Of a stretch of 64,000 bases of DNA, positions 47,346-64,000 are shown piece after piece. The notes under the pieces were generated by a model, which ran no database searches, was not told where the DNA came from, and was given only the letters and a program-made list of their open reading frames with translations. The translations under genes and the position numbers were made by a program. The stretch lies in the NCBI RefSeq assembly GCF_009914755.1, contig NC_060938.1; one strand, given 5' to 3'. The DNA is from the human T2T-CHM13v2.0 reference genome, Homo sapiens. Each line of letters begins with the position of its first letter. Positions within the stretch are counted from its first letter, which is position 1.

Positions 47346-49172
47346 GGATGATAATTTATACAACAGTGACTGGATATCAAGTTGTGTAGTAATTGTTTCA
47401 TAACAAATACATACATCAAAACATCATGTTGTACACCCAAAATATATACAACTTATTTGTCAGTCATACCTCAGTGAATCTGCAGAAGAGAATAAATCAC
47501 TGTTAATTATGTAATATTATAACTTATAAATTATTTAATAATTATTAAATTATTATTTTAGGAGTGGTAATAGTGTTTTGGGGTTTTTAAGAGTTTTTAT
47601 ATTTTGGATATGTGTACTGAAATATTTATGGCTAAAATGATTGATTGTATATTGGAGACTTTCTTTAAAACAACGTAGGGGAATGGGTAGTAGGTGATAG
47701 TACAGGTGAAATAAGATTTGCCACGAGTTAATACTTGTGGAAGCTGGGTGAGAGAGGGATAGATGTGTCTTGGTGAGTTCACATAATCTCATTTTCTTTA
47801 TTGCCATGAACACGAGATGATTTTTAAACTCATCTGTAAGATAAGGGTATTAGATACACTCTGTAGATCACAGTCTGGTTTATAATTTTAAATTTTGGAA
47901 AGAGACAGCCCATCTTATTCCCTCTCCTCGTAGCTTCACTTCACTGGCAACTTTCCACCCTTCTATCATTGATACATCTCTCATCTCCAGTGTTTCCAGT
48001 GTCCACACACGCCATCTAATTCTTTACTTGGCTGATAACTGCCTTCAAGATAAGCGTCCTCTTACAGGAGGTCCACATAGGGCTTTTTCATTCTCCAGGG
48101 CTCTGATAATCAAGACAGTAGCAATTCTTGTCCCAATCCCACTGCCAGCTTCGACATCAGAGTATCATCTGAAGCCCAGGGCTGCAAGGGAAAAGTTACA
48201 AATAGTCACCATAGATCAGTTGTCAATATAGGCAACAAGTGGCTAATTCTAAGAGAACTCAAAGGAAAAAAAACACTTCCCTATTTTGGTTATAGAACTA
48301 TATTATATTTCTTAGTTGTCTTTTTTTTAAGTTTTTGTGCATATTTTATTTTGTTTTGTAATACACCATCAGAAATAAAGTTACCATTGTTTTTACCTAA
48401 GCTTTTCCGGTGACTAAAATCATAAAACACGACTAAAGTCATAAAATGAGTTAGGATTTTTGGAAATAGATTTCTCACTATATTTTTTTCAGATAAAGTT
48501 CCTAGTTCATGTATTTGAAATTTGAAGAACTTTAATTTAGGATATTCCTGTGTATAGGACTCTGTCTCTCAAATCTATATCTATAATGGCTTTCTAATAA
48601 AAATTTAGTTGCTAACTATACAATAATGTTTTCCATTTTATTTCTAAACAACAATTTCTAAGAACAAAAAATATGCTTGAGAATTCTTACAACAATGGAG
48701 TTTTTCATTTGATAAAATTTTATTTATACCCCTTTTACTGAAGCACACAGACTTTTTATGTTTCTAAAGACACATAAGTAACACTATTTGTTGAGCAAAG
48801 AATATTGTATGGTTTTGTTCTGATGTTTTCCATGTGCTAATATGTTAGCTGCTAAAATCCGGTTTTTTTAACCAGTAAAACTTGATTAACCTGGTATGTA
48901 AATTATTCTAAATATATAATTGATTTTTTTTAATGATTAAGTCAATTCAGGCCTTTATCTAGGCAAAGAATGAAGGCTAGCTAGAGCATTAGCTGGTGAC
49001 AGATCTCAAAAGTTGTTTCCTGAAGTACTCTTTCCTACGTTTTAAAGACATTATGTATTTTTTAAAATCATTCTCTGTACTTGAAGCTTCCATTAATGTA
49101 TGGGAGTATGTGAATATTGTATTGTATGGGAGTGGTAGATGTGTAGATGGTTTTGGTGTGTTATTTGGTTGT

Positions 49173-49246
49173 AAAAACCAGACAAAAACATACGAAAGAG
49201 TTGTCTCTGAAAAACCAGACAAAAACATACGAAAGAGTTGTCTCTG
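49173..49246. repeat. Perfect tandem duplication, 2 x 37 bp
   Basis: AAAAACCAGACAAAAACATACGAAAGAGTTGTCTCTG at 49173-49209 and 49210-49246. Confidence 0.97.
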
Positions 49247-49881
49247 GGCTCTTTAATTTTTGAACAATTTTGCTGGAAAGAAATTTTTCTCATGTTACTT
49301 AATGACCTATTTGGCAGACTTGTCTTCAGATATAGCAGAACTATAAAACACAAAGTAAAATTTAATTGTATCCTTAGGAAAATCTCATTTTAGACTAAAT
49401 AAAGATTTATCATGGAATATTGGTATGAATATTCAGACTTCCAATTATTTTCACAAATATAATAAAAATAATATGACCCTTATGGTTTATCATTATATAT
49501 AACCTTTTCTAAATTTTCCTCCATTGTATAGATCTAAGAGTACAATGCAGGAAGATAAACACAGAATTCAGTGTAAATAGAGAAATTGATATAAAGCTCT
49601 CAATTTTCGTAAAATTTTACAAAACAATTTACAATGTTCTTTTGTTCCAGAATTTTTTAATTATTTATTCTTGTTATGTTGCAAAGTACTTCATTATCTT
49701 TTGTTGGTATTACTTGGAATTCCTAACTATAGTTTTCTCTTTTGGATAAAGCATTTTAAAATCTTTATTTAAAGCACATTTAAATCTGCACCCAGTTACT
49801 CTTTAGAGAAACTGGTTTAGACTCACTCTTAAGTGAACAGACTCAATTTTATTTGAAACAAAACTTAAAAGGTAAAATTTT

Positions 49882-50188
<307 letters not shown>

Positions 50189-50443
50189 AAAAGGTAAAAT
50201 TTTGAGCCACCTTTAAAAAAAAAAATTCTGAATAGTATTCAGAAGTATATTCAGACAGCTTGAACATTTGATGCTTGTATTTATATTTGAAAGTACCTAG
50301 CCAACACAAATGAAATAGCTTTAATTTTAATTTTACTTGCCTGAGACAATCTTAAAAGGTTTTCACTTTACCAGTCTAGGGAAGGCAGCAGTATCCTTAG
50401 TGACAGTCCATTTTAATAACAATAAAATGTTTTATGATCTAAG

Positions 50444-50516
50444 AAAATGGAAAATCCTTATATAATAGTAATGTGTTATCAAAATGGAAAATCCTTATAT
50501 AATAGTAATGTGTTAT
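50444..50516. repeat. Tandem duplication, 2 x 36 bp separated by one C (period 37)
   Basis: AAAATGGAAAATCCTTATATAATAGTAATGTGTTAT at 50444-50479 and 50481-50516. Confidence 0.97.
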
Positions 50517-51114
50517 TTATAGATTTTTATCTGATCTATAAACAATCAGATTGAATGTTTTTGTTGTATGAAGTCTCTGAAATACATAAAGTACAATAGA
50601 TACAAGACTGTTCTCTTCAGAACATCCTGTACAATTCACAAAGGAAATACCAGTTGAAAATGAACAGAATAACACTTCATTAGGAATGCACTTTGAATAG
50701 CCATAATTTTCTAAATTTTCTAAATTTGACTTATGTTCAAAATAATAAAACTTGTCAGACTGAAATGTAACAGTACTTCTTATGCCACAGCCTATAAACA
50801 AGTCAGGAGACAACCTTTTGCCAGCACCTGTGTTGTACATTTCGTGTTCAAAGTGGAATCTGTTCTGTAAGATGATGCAGTGCAACATTGAAAACTTGGA
50901 ACTTATCCCAGGCAAAATAAAAATGGTCAATAAAGTTGTTTGTGTATCCATATACCCATTTTCCTAAGTACAAAAAATACCTTTTTATTAGAAATGAACG
51001 AACTCTTACATCATTTAATCTCATACGTTTTCACGAACTTTAAAAGTTACTTTATTTTTAAAGAGAACTTTTATAATCCACAGAGAGGAAATGAAAAAAA
51101 TACAGTGGGATTCT

Positions 51115-51400
<286 letters not shown>

Positions 51401-51739
51401 CGGGATTCTTGTTTGATCAAAACAAAAGCTTGCAGTTACTAGTATTAAAAGCAAACACCCAACAAAGTAAAAAGCCCAAACATGTATTTGTACTAAAACC
51501 TGAATACACCTATACATTTAAAGAAGCATTTTACTTAGAATTATATTTTCCTGTGGAAACTTGAGTAGTGCCAAGAGTATTTACATCTTTGACATCACCT
51601 TTACCATTCACAGACTACTTAATCTTAGAATGTGTTTAATTGAAAGGTAAGCATACTTAACTGTAGAATGATCAGGTTGTTTTAATAGAGAAGAACTTTG
51701 GTTTAATATTCTAATATTTAACAAAATACTTTTCCACAG

Positions 51740-51793
51740 AATCTACCTGTTACTCGTATTTTGGACAATCTTATGGAGATGAAGTCAAACCCC
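51740..51793 (+). CDS. SCFD1: SCFD1 coding exon, 54 nt (NLPVTRILDNLMEMKSNP)
   Basis: cttttccacAG acceptor, CCC/gtgagt donor; phase 0 to 0. Confidence 0.95.
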
Positions 51794-53011
51794 GTGAGTA
51801 CCATATAACATATTTTGTGTAAATTCCCGAATGTGTCAAACTGACTAGTATGAAAGAGGATAAAATCAGATTGAGTTCCTTGTGAGCTTAATCACAGCAG
51901 AATACATGAGGAAAAGGAAGAGTCCATGTTCTCAAGAAGCCTTTTTTAGCCATTATCACGGATTCTGGGAATTGGTTTTCTCAGCTGCCATACCCATTCT
52001 GGCCAGCTCTCATTCAAATGTCATGTAGATTATATCCTATATGTATAATTAAATGTAAAATATATCCTAAGGAACAAATTTCTATAAATGAAAAAAGAAC
52101 CAGTGAGCATCTGTTGATATAGTATAAAGAGTACCAAACCAATTTAATTTTATAAAAGTTAAATTAGGAAAGAAGTGCATAGTAAAAATGTTAAGTACAT
52201 ATGTTTACAGGGCACTAAATTCTTTTGGGCTGAAGAAGTAAATTGACAATGAAATCATTGGGTGAATAGACAAATGGGTCAATACCGTTAGCATTGACTT
52301 AAAGAATGGGTTTCTAAGCTATCTGTTTGTAATTCAAGAAAGGAATGTAAAAATCATCACAATCTGTTTCATAAAACATCCCATCCTGTCACTGTCGCAA
52401 CCAAAAGGTGGTTATTACCACAAGAATCTGGAATCAAAAACAGGCAGCATGAGCCTACCGACATCAAAACCCTGGTTTGAGTTTATCTAAAACCCTATAG
52501 ATTTGGCAGTGAGGCTTAGGATTCCAATTCTAAGAAAGAGTGAGAACAGTGTCTTCAGATGAGTGTCACCTTTTTTGTAATTGTCAGAACATGACTGTAA
52601 TAACAAGAAACTAACAAATTTTAAAATTCACTGGTGTGAAAACAAAGATACAGTGTAATAAAACATCTCAAAAGGGCAGTTAATATTAGGAATGGGAGAA
52701 TCATTTATAATGATAAACTAAAAAGGATTGGATTCTTCCATCTGGGAATCAATACAGATAAAGTGGTATACAATGAAGTAATAATAGACTTTGTCACTAC
52801 ATCCTAGAATACATGAAGAAAAGGTTCTTCCTGAAAAGCCTAAGAGAGGTATACATTCATGACTAATTGACTTACAGAATACTGCTTCCTAATAGGCAAT
52901 AAACTTCCAGAAGATACTATGCCAAGCAACTATAAAGATTAAAAATATAAGTAAATGCAAAACTTTAGACAGGTGCCAAATACACAGGGGGTTAAGAAAT
53001 TTTGATATTTT

Positions 53012-53310
53012 CCAGGCATGTTTGCTTATGCCTGTAATCCCAGCACTTTAGGTGGCCAAGGCTGACAGATCACTTGAGTTCAGGAGTTTGAGACCAGCCT
53101 AGGCCATGTGGTGAAACCCTGTCTCTACAAAAAATACAAAAAATTAGCCTGGTGTGGTGATACACACCTGTAGTCCCAGCTATTCAGGAGGCTGAGGTGG
53201 GAGGATCACTTGAGCTCAGGAGGTTGAGGCTACATTGAGCCAAGATTGTGCCACTGCACTCCATCCTGGGTGACAGAGTGAGACCCTGTCTCAAAAAAAG
53301 AAAGAAAAAA
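53012..53310 (+). mobile_element. Full-length AluJ
   Basis: ggaggctgaggtgggaggatcacttgagctcaggaggttgaggct...gagaccctgtctc plus an A-rich tail. Confidence 0.9.
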
Positions 53311-53369
53311 TTCTGTGATATTTGTTACTGTCCCTAATCTTGAAGTTGAGATGAAAAATAATGACAGTA

Positions 53370-53905
<536 letters not shown>

Positions 53906-54769
53906 GTATTGATTAGGGCAAGAATCATTCCCTTCATGGAATCCCAGAACTAGAGAGTTAAAGAAACATAAGTCATCTTAACAGTGGAAGAGAGGCAACC
54001 AAGAAATGTTGTGACTTCCCACGTCACACTACTTTTAGTAGCAGAATTGGAACCAGAAACCTACTACTGCTATATTCCTGCTTGGTGCTCATTCCAGCAT
54101 ACACATTCCTTCCACATTTCTCTGTCATAAACACATGGATGGCTACCTTGTGGATCTTACTGAAATGTTTTCCAAGCTGTGAAAGTTCATTGATCAGTTC
54201 CCTTGACTTTCACTTTATAACTCAAGGCATATTATTGCAGACGGATATTTTTTTACTTAACTAGGAAAAAGTAACTTTCTGTTTTGAAAGTGTTTCTTCA
54301 TCTGCTAGGTGAGGCAGCTGCCTGCATTATCATCCTTCTCCTGTTCCCAGATGGACAAATTGATTTGGAGGCAATGAAGAGATTAGCAAAATGCTAAAGA
54401 GATTAGCAAAGTATACTAAGTTAGACCTGATAAATAATCTTGATTGTATCCATTTGAAATGCTGTAATCTAATTCTAGATGCATTTTTATCAGTTCATTT
54501 ATTAAATGTTTTCCTTTCATTTCTTAATTGAATAAATTAAAACTAAGGCAGGATATCAGATAGGTTATCTTGCCTTGTAAGTCTGGCTGGTAGTGGTTTC
54601 TTGGAGCAAAGTGTTGAAGGATCCTTACACTATGTTTGGGTTTACTGAGAGTGCTATGATTGATTAGCAGTGTCCACCCCATTGGGTACAGGACTAAATA
54701 GTAGCAACATGTGTAGCATATTTGTCAAGAATCAGGTTTTGATAGTCCTGTCAACACTCCAGAAGAGAA

Positions 54770-55025
54770 TTAGTTTCTCTGGCATGGTAATTAAGAACTT
54801 GGGCATTGAAAATAGACTGCCTGGGTTCAAATCCTGTAGTTCCCATACTTACTAATCATGTGACTTTAGAAAAGTTACATAACTTTTCTCTACCCCAGAC
54901 TGTCAATCTGAAAAATGAGGGTAACAGTAACAACCTGATAGACCATTATTAGGATTGAGTAATTTCATCTAAAGCACTTAGAATAAAGGTTAGCACATAG
55001 TAAGTGCTCATTAAGTATTAGGGAT
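54770..55025 (+). mobile_element. Near full-length MIR
   Basis: agactgcctgggttcaaatcctgtagttcccatacttactaatcatgtgacttt...aagcacttagaa...gcacatagtaagtgctca. Confidence 0.8.
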
Positions 55026-55140
55026 GGTTGTTATACATTCTACAAAATTGATAGATTCATTAAAATAGGATACTCTAAGCCAAACTGACCTTCTGAAGAG
55101 AAATTCCACAGTCATGGTAAAGTTCTATTTTTTTTAATAG

Positions 55141-55193
55141 GAAACTGATGACTATAGATATTTTGATCCCAAAATGCTGCGGGGCAATGACAG
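55141..55193 (+). CDS. SCFD1: SCFD1 coding exon, 53 nt (ETDDYRYFDPKMLRGND/S)
   Basis: tttttttaatAG acceptor, AG/gtaagc donor; phase 0 to 2; contains the Sly1 Y.YFDP motif. Confidence 0.95.
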
Positions 55194-56084
55194 GTAAGCA
55201 GCTTTTGTCTTGTTTAACTTGTGGATTTTTTCCCCTCGAGAATGGAAATAATTTTTTTATTATATAGTACTGCTTATTAAAAATCCAAACTATATGGAAA
55301 ACTCGTAAGGAAACAAGGATGTATAATCTCATTATCCAGAGATATCTCTAGTAATGATACTTGGCATTCAGATGTTTTTCCTTCCACATATACACACACA
55401 CAAATCCATTTAGACGTTTACTGGTGTTTTTATGAAATGGTGGAGGTATTAGAAACTAATTGTGGGTGAGGGAAATTTCGATAACGTGTTTTTAAATGAA
55501 TATTCTTATTGGACCAATTGAAAAAAATAGGAGCTTTATATTGGATACCAGTTGTTTGGTTGTTTTTTATTTAACTGGTCCATAAAATTAAAGTCACTGG
55601 GAACCATTGCTATGTAACACCTTGTGTCAATGAAACATTCTATAAATAAATTCTGCATTTTATCACAGACATTGGATGGTAAGATATCCTTATGGATATT
55701 ATTTTTCATGATTTAATTAGCGGTGGTATGACAAATAGCCTACAAGATACAGAAAAAGAATAGGCAGAATTGGGGGCAGGGGGGTGGGGGGCGGGAATAA
55801 CTGCCTTGGACTGATTTGTCTGTAGCACTGAAACTCAGATGAAGCTAGTGAAGCTAGTTTGTTGCCTGTTCCTTATGTTTGGGATCTTCAGAACTTTACA
55901 TTTGCTGTATCCCAAGCTTTCGTATCTTTGTAGATGGTGTGAAAATAATCTAGTCATTAGATTAAATTGTTTGATAACTTGAAACGTTATTCCCTTTTCT
56001 GAATTTACCAGAAATATCACCAAAATTGCATAAGAACTGCCAATAGCAGCTGCTGTTGGCAAGAGAGAATTTGACAAAGAATGG

Positions 56085-56225
56085 ATTGTGGAAAGGGGGA
56101 TGAGGATTGACTGCTAATGGGTACAGGACTTCTTCTAGGGGTGATAAAAATGTTCTGAAATTAGACAGTGATGGTTGTACAACTCTGTAAATATACTAAA
56201 AACCACTGATTGTACACTTTACAAC
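56085..56225 (+). mobile_element. L1MB/MC 3' end fragment
   Basis: gactgctaatgggtacagg...ggggtgataaaaatgttctgaaattagacagtgatggttgtacaactctgtaaatatactaaaaaccactga. Confidence 0.8.
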
Positions 56226-56309
56226 AATGGATTAGCAACTTTTTTCTATATTAATGATTCTCCAGCTTACATTTTTTCCTTCCTTGCATTTAGCTAACAA
56301 GTAGATATA

Positions 56310-56677
56310 CAGTTAGCCCTCAATATGCGTGGGTTCCTCATCCATGGGTTCAACCAATCAGGGTTCGAAAATATTTGGGGGGAAAAACGGATGGTTGAAT
56401 CTATACAGAGCATGTACACACTATTTTTTTCTTGTGTTTATTCTCTAAGCAATACCTAATACAGTGTAAACTATATAGTTCGTAATACTGTTTATATAGC
56501 ATTTACATTATATTAGGTATCATAAGTAATCTAGAGATTATTTAAAGTATATAGGAAGATGTGAGTAGGTTATATGCAAACACTACACCATTTTACATAA
56601 GGTACTTGAGCATCTGTGGACTTTGGTGTCTATGGAGGTTCCTGGAACCAGTCCTTCATGGATATCAAGGGAGACTA
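56310..56677. mobile_element. MER2 (Tigger-derived MITE)
   Basis: TA-flanked; TIRs cagttagccctcaatatgcgtggg / catggatatcaagggagacta; internal gtattataagtaatctagagat-like core. Confidence 0.85.
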
Positions 56678-57699
56678 TACTTGGCTTCTTGGAAATTTAC
56701 TGAGAAATATTTAATCCTTAATGTAGTTTATGCATGGTAATGAGGAAGAATATTAGCATTGATAAGACAGATAAGCTTAGAGTTTCATTTTTAACAGAGC
56801 CTTCTCCTGAGCTATCCCATCACAGTTAAATCTTGGTGACTAATAACTAGTAATACTATTCTATAAGTCTTACCTCTCCTCATCCATGTCTACTGTTTAA
56901 GGAACTGGAACACTGAAGAGGCATTTCAGTCAGGTGGACTTGTAGCTTCTTCTGTGGAATATTCAGACAGGCCATAGAAATGAGGAAAAGATGATAGAAC
57001 TGTGTCATCAGCCTCTGAACAATTAAGGAAAGTTATGATAGCCCTCTTTTCTCAGTTGATATTTTCAAAAATTACTTAGGGGAAAATCTAAGTTGTCCTT
57101 TTAAGTCATACTCTACAGCCTGTTTTAGCACTCAAATATGTAAGTCTAGACTCGCAAAAGCTTTGAAAAATGTCTTTATAATACTTTGGTGTCTAAGAGA
57201 TCTTTAATAAATAAGCTACAGCAAAATTCAGATCCCTCCCTCCCTCCCTTCCCCATTTGCTTCCTGAGTTGTTATTCTTCCCATACATGTATTTATATAG
57301 TTTTTCCACAAATGTAGATACCCACAAACTATATATAATATTGAGTTTGGTAAAAATTTACCACATAAAATATATGCCTTATCCATTCACCACAAACCCA
57401 GACTTACGCTCCTCCTCGTGGGAGTTGCTGCTCAGTCATCTAGAATTTTATTTTAAAGTAATAGGGTTGACCCATTTCCTTTTAGACTCTGAGATATCTC
57501 CCTTTTCTAGCTGCTTCTTAATGAAACCCAGTTCACTACCTGGCTCAGCAAAATTAAAGGACCCACCCCTCTAAGAAGGTGAAGGAGGTAGAATTGTAAA
57601 TACTTACCTAATAGTGCATGTGTGTGTATTTCCCATACCTATTTTATTCATAATAAAAGCCATGGGTGAAATTTTCATTACGGTTTTTCTTTATTACAG

Positions 57700-57733
57700 C
57701 TCAGTTCCCAGAAATAAAAATCCATTCCAAGAG
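57700..57733 (+). CDS. SCFD1: SCFD1 coding micro-exon, 34 nt (S/SVPRNKNPFQE)
   Basis: tttttctttattacAG acceptor, GAG/gtaagt donor; phase 2 to 0; needed to keep the frame between its neighbours. Confidence 0.93.
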
Positions 57734-58309
57734 GTAAGTTTCATATAAAAATTCTCTGTTCCTAGAAAGGGAAGATGAAAGGTGACCAATCTTGAAGACT
57801 GTCTGTACCAAACATGGCTTTATGATGATTAGTGTATGATAATTTGGCCTAGCAATTATATTTTTCTAATTTATAAAGCTGCTTATATTTATAATATTTT
57901 AAGCTTAAAAATAACGGACAATTCACAGGAAATGAAGTATTTCAAATTGCAGTGAGAGTTTTACATGTGTGGAACCTTTTTCTGAAATTGGATTCCAAAC
58001 ATTTGTGAAGATACTATGACTGTTTTCATTTGAAATACAAAGAAGCTTCTCCGTAAAAAATACAGTAAATAACATATATTGGAAATTATAGTTATTTTCC
58101 TCTAAATTGTTTCTGAAAAATCTCTTCTTCATACTACTCAAGAGACATTAGAAATTTATAAATTGACTTTTTAGAAACATTTCTTAATAATTAAAATAGC
58201 ATCAGGGGCTTAGAATATGACTTTTGGCTAGCATTTTTTAACCTTAATTTTAGAAGAGGTTTCAGACTAAAAACTGTGTTTTTTTTTTTTTAATCTGTTT
58301 GCATTTTAG

Positions 58310-58375
58310 GCCATTGTTTTTGTGGTGGGAGGAGGCAACTACATTGAATATCAGAATCTTGTTGACTACATAAAG
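58310..58375 (+). CDS. SCFD1: SCFD1 coding exon, 66 nt (AIVFVVGGGNYIEYQNLVDYIK)
   Basis: cattttAG acceptor, AAG/gtacat donor; IVFVVGG..Y.E is the Sec1-family signature. Confidence 0.96.
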
Positions 58376-59208
58376 GTACATTTTATTTAGCCTTTTTATT
58401 CTGTTGTTAGATGGTTTCATAGGTAGAACACTAGCATACTCTGATGGCTATCCTGATCCTTCTATAACTTCTTTTCTAAAAGGTAGTTTTAAAATCATGC
58501 ATATATGATTTTTAAATGTTTATTGTTTTCCTATTCCTGTCACATTCATTTCTGGCCTAAAATTGTACTTAATCTAGAAAACAATGTATCTTATTGATAT
58601 AATGCACTTTGCAGCTACCTGTCTTAATATAACCTCAAATGCTTAGAGACCTCTTCCCAAAAAAAAAAAACTCTTGTGGTGAAATGATTTACAAAACTCA
58701 TTTATCTGAATAATATGCACTTTACTCCTATCCTATTAGCTTAAATCAGTGACATACTTCTAACAAACTTGGATTTTTTTGTTTTGTTTTTTCAGCAAAC
58801 AGGAGCTATAGAGGTAGCAAATGAAAGGGAGTGCAGGGAGTAGCAGACAGCTAAGCAAAAAGGAAGGAAGGAAGGGGCATACTTTGAAGAGGAAAAACAC
58901 TATTTAAAATTCAGGGGCAACAGAATTAGCTATTTTTAGGATGTCATTTTGTAATCTTCACTTATTCACTTAACATTAAATAAAGATCATTCTTTATGTC
59001 CTTATGTCATGTATGGCCCTAATAATGGTAGAGGGTTATGGTACAATGAAGACAAAAACACACAGGCAGATGCCACAGAGCTCCAAAACAAATAACTACT
59101 CTTGGGAGTCTATCTGTTTCATAGGACACGCTTCATCTTTGCATCGTGAACCACCAAGATATATGTAAGATACCTTAGTTTCAGAAGAGCCCTGGTCTTG
59201 TACAAAGG

Positions 59209-61596
<2,388 letters not shown>

Positions 61597-64000
61597 GTTA
61601 GTACTCCTCTAGTTTCATAGCAAAAATTAAGTTGCTTGACCAGGCTCAAAAGCAGAAACCAAGGGAATATGACAGAAACCAGATGCAAACCGTCTCTATA
61701 AACGGTGCTGACAAGCTAGTACAAGTTGCCCCCTAGTCTTGACTCTAGCACAGGACTATATTCATCACTAGTTAGAACATTTCATTCAGGTTTGGCCAAC
61801 AGTTAGCAACATGACTGGTTCCAGGTGTTCCCGGGGATAAACACATGGTTGCAATAGACACTTACGCATTCCACACGCTCTTACCCTTGGTTAAGCTTTT
61901 TAAATCACTTGTCATCATTCTTCTTTTGGCATCTTTTACATTATATAACAGAAAAACAAGAAGATAAACACCAAAATACTAATCATTTGTAGTTACTGAA
62001 GTAGATTATAACTTTTAAAAAAATTGCAGTTTACCAGATAATCCAGTGAAAACTTGTTCTTAATCATGTACAAGCTTGACAGTTTTACCTCTTTCTACCA
62101 CAGAAAGTTGAGTTTTGTGAAATTTTATAACAATTATTAATCTAGTTATTTCTCTGATAATCTAGTCTTTTACCAGAAGACCATCTTGTAGGGATTTTAA
62201 TTCAGTTTCCTTATACATTTGCTCATTCATTTGGTCATAGGATGTGTTCATATGAACCTCACCAATGATACCATTTGCACCAAGTAGCAATTACATTATG
62301 ATTTAGATTGCTTACTAAATGTTTTCTCATCTTTCTCAACAAAATCAGCTCTTGCTTATATACCAAAATGTTGTAATTGACTGAGGCACCATAAGTTTCC
62401 CATAAATTCATTCTTTTTGCTCGCTCTGCCAAGATACCAGGCCATTTTCCTTGCACTACCTTGGCTTTTAATTGAGGAGCGTACTTAATCCTTCTTGAGT
62501 CTGGGTACATGTGTCTTCCCATCTTTATGTAACTGTTGAGTTTGTTTTATCATTTTTCCAGGCTGCTTGCCACCATTTCCCTTCCTCCTGAAATAACATT
62601 TCTTGTCAACAACCAGTAGGTCATTAAGTCGTCTTGCTCAGTATGTCTCTTTTCATTAAAGGCAAATCGGGCTTACCATAGGACTCATAGAACTGTGCCA
62701 GTGTTTCTGCCCAAATTGGTTTAACCATTAAATAAGTTGTTGCCATTGAGTTTTTATTGCTTGAATATAGTTTGAATATACCTTTTGGATCCAAAATCTT
62801 TCAGGAACCTTTTGAGAGATGGCGGGCGAGGGAAGACAAAAGTTTTCAGTTCCCCGAGACAGTGTCTTATGAGTAGTAATTATTCTCAGCAAAAGATCAG
62901 GGCTATAAGTGTGTAAGCCCACCTAGTTATCCTTTACTTGGTTTCAGTACTAAGAATTTTTTTAACCTTAGTGCCTTCCGCCCACAGAAACAAGGTACAT
63001 AGGCATTAGAGCACATGTTACTATGAGTAGTTGGAAATGCAGCAGTTATTTTATGTCTGTGTTTCTGGACACCTTTCTTAACAAATCATAACTGCGTTTA
63101 ATAGTTACGTGGTGGTCTGTGACTTCGTTGTTCAACAAAATCGTTTGTGTGCATTTCAGAGACAACGTGTCCTAATTTTGCCTCCCAAAAGTGGTTCTCT
63201 ACAATAGATAAAACCAATGGGAGCCAAAAGGCAAGCATTAGAATTATTCTGTGTTTATCCTCAAGATGTTGTTATTAGCATCATCAAGATTCAGACAAAA
63301 TTCTACAGATTAAATTATTAAATCTCCTGCAACCCATCTTAGACAGCTTCAAATAAAGGAGACAATTTCATCAGGTCTTATGGGCATCTGTAAATATAGC
63401 TAAGAGCATTCTCTTGCTCCCAGGCTCTTACGAGATACCAAAATAATGTTACCTTTCTTTTTTGCATTATTCATTTATTGGCTCCCTTTCTGAGAGTAAA
63501 GACTTTTCCTCCTTTCTCCTGTTGTTAGTTTTTTACCCAGACCTTGATCCCTGAGTTAGGAGACCATCACATTCGGCAAGAGGACTTACCTGTGGAGCTG
63601 ACAGCAATGTGAGACTGGCCAGTGCTTTTCCCCTTTGTCCATTCCCAGTCACATGATGTTGAGGTGGATAACTACAAGTTTATAGGACTGTCTTGTCCAC
63701 ATGTGAGGAAAGATGAAAAAAAAACATTAATTCCAAGCTTAGATAGGTGAAAATAAAAACAGTCCATTCCATCATTCCTCAGACAGTTATATTTAGAGGT
63801 ATTATCTTCATGTCATGTTTGCAACTGATCCGTCTTCCTGAGCTTGTAAATGTAATCCATATCCATGTTCTACATGATCAGTCAGAGAAAAAGAAAAATG
63901 TTCAGAAATATGGAGGAAATTGTTATCAGTTCCTGTGTTATTACTCCACCCCTCCCTTATTTTTCCTGAAGTATCTCTATAATCTGTTTAGTGTTGAGTC

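Noticed and set aside
54377-54410. Short repeat AAGAGATTAGCAAA x2 (period 20), and similar small repeats at 5330-5380 and 55840-55858
   Set aside because: Ordinary slippage-scale repeats with no further structure.

Overview
This is human (or very close hominid) genomic DNA from the middle of SCFD1, the Sec1/Munc18-family Sly1 orthologue, transcribed on the + strand. I traced 13 consecutive GT-AG coding exons (6075-58375; 981 nt, 327 codons, DFHLNRV...NLVDYIK) whose splice phases all join in frame. From my memory of the protein these are roughly exons 11-23; the start and the last coding exons lie outside the window. The introns are rich in retroelements. The main ones are a decayed, 3'-truncated sense L1PA6-like element (1-4874), an antisense UBE2C processed pseudogene (18671-19473), and an AluYb8. 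There are also about 20 older Alus, MIR/L2/L1M remnants and Tigger/hAT DNA-transposon remnants. The most notable element is a full-length antisense pre-Ta L1HS (20641-26654). It has an 11-bp TSD, a 56-bp 3' transduction, an intact ORF0, a 1-codon deletion in ORF1, and a 1-bp ORF2 frameshift that ends in a TAATG stop-start overlap. I see no evidence of a new gene family or a prokaryote-type system. The best candidate for an undescribed system is this L1 rewiring its host gene: antisense-promoter/ORF0 fusions, premature polyadenylation, and inverted pairing with the upstream L1 around an in-frame 387-nt four-exon block. These are hypotheses inferred from sequence alone. Repeat subfamily calls come from remembered consensus sequences, not from a RepeatMasker run.
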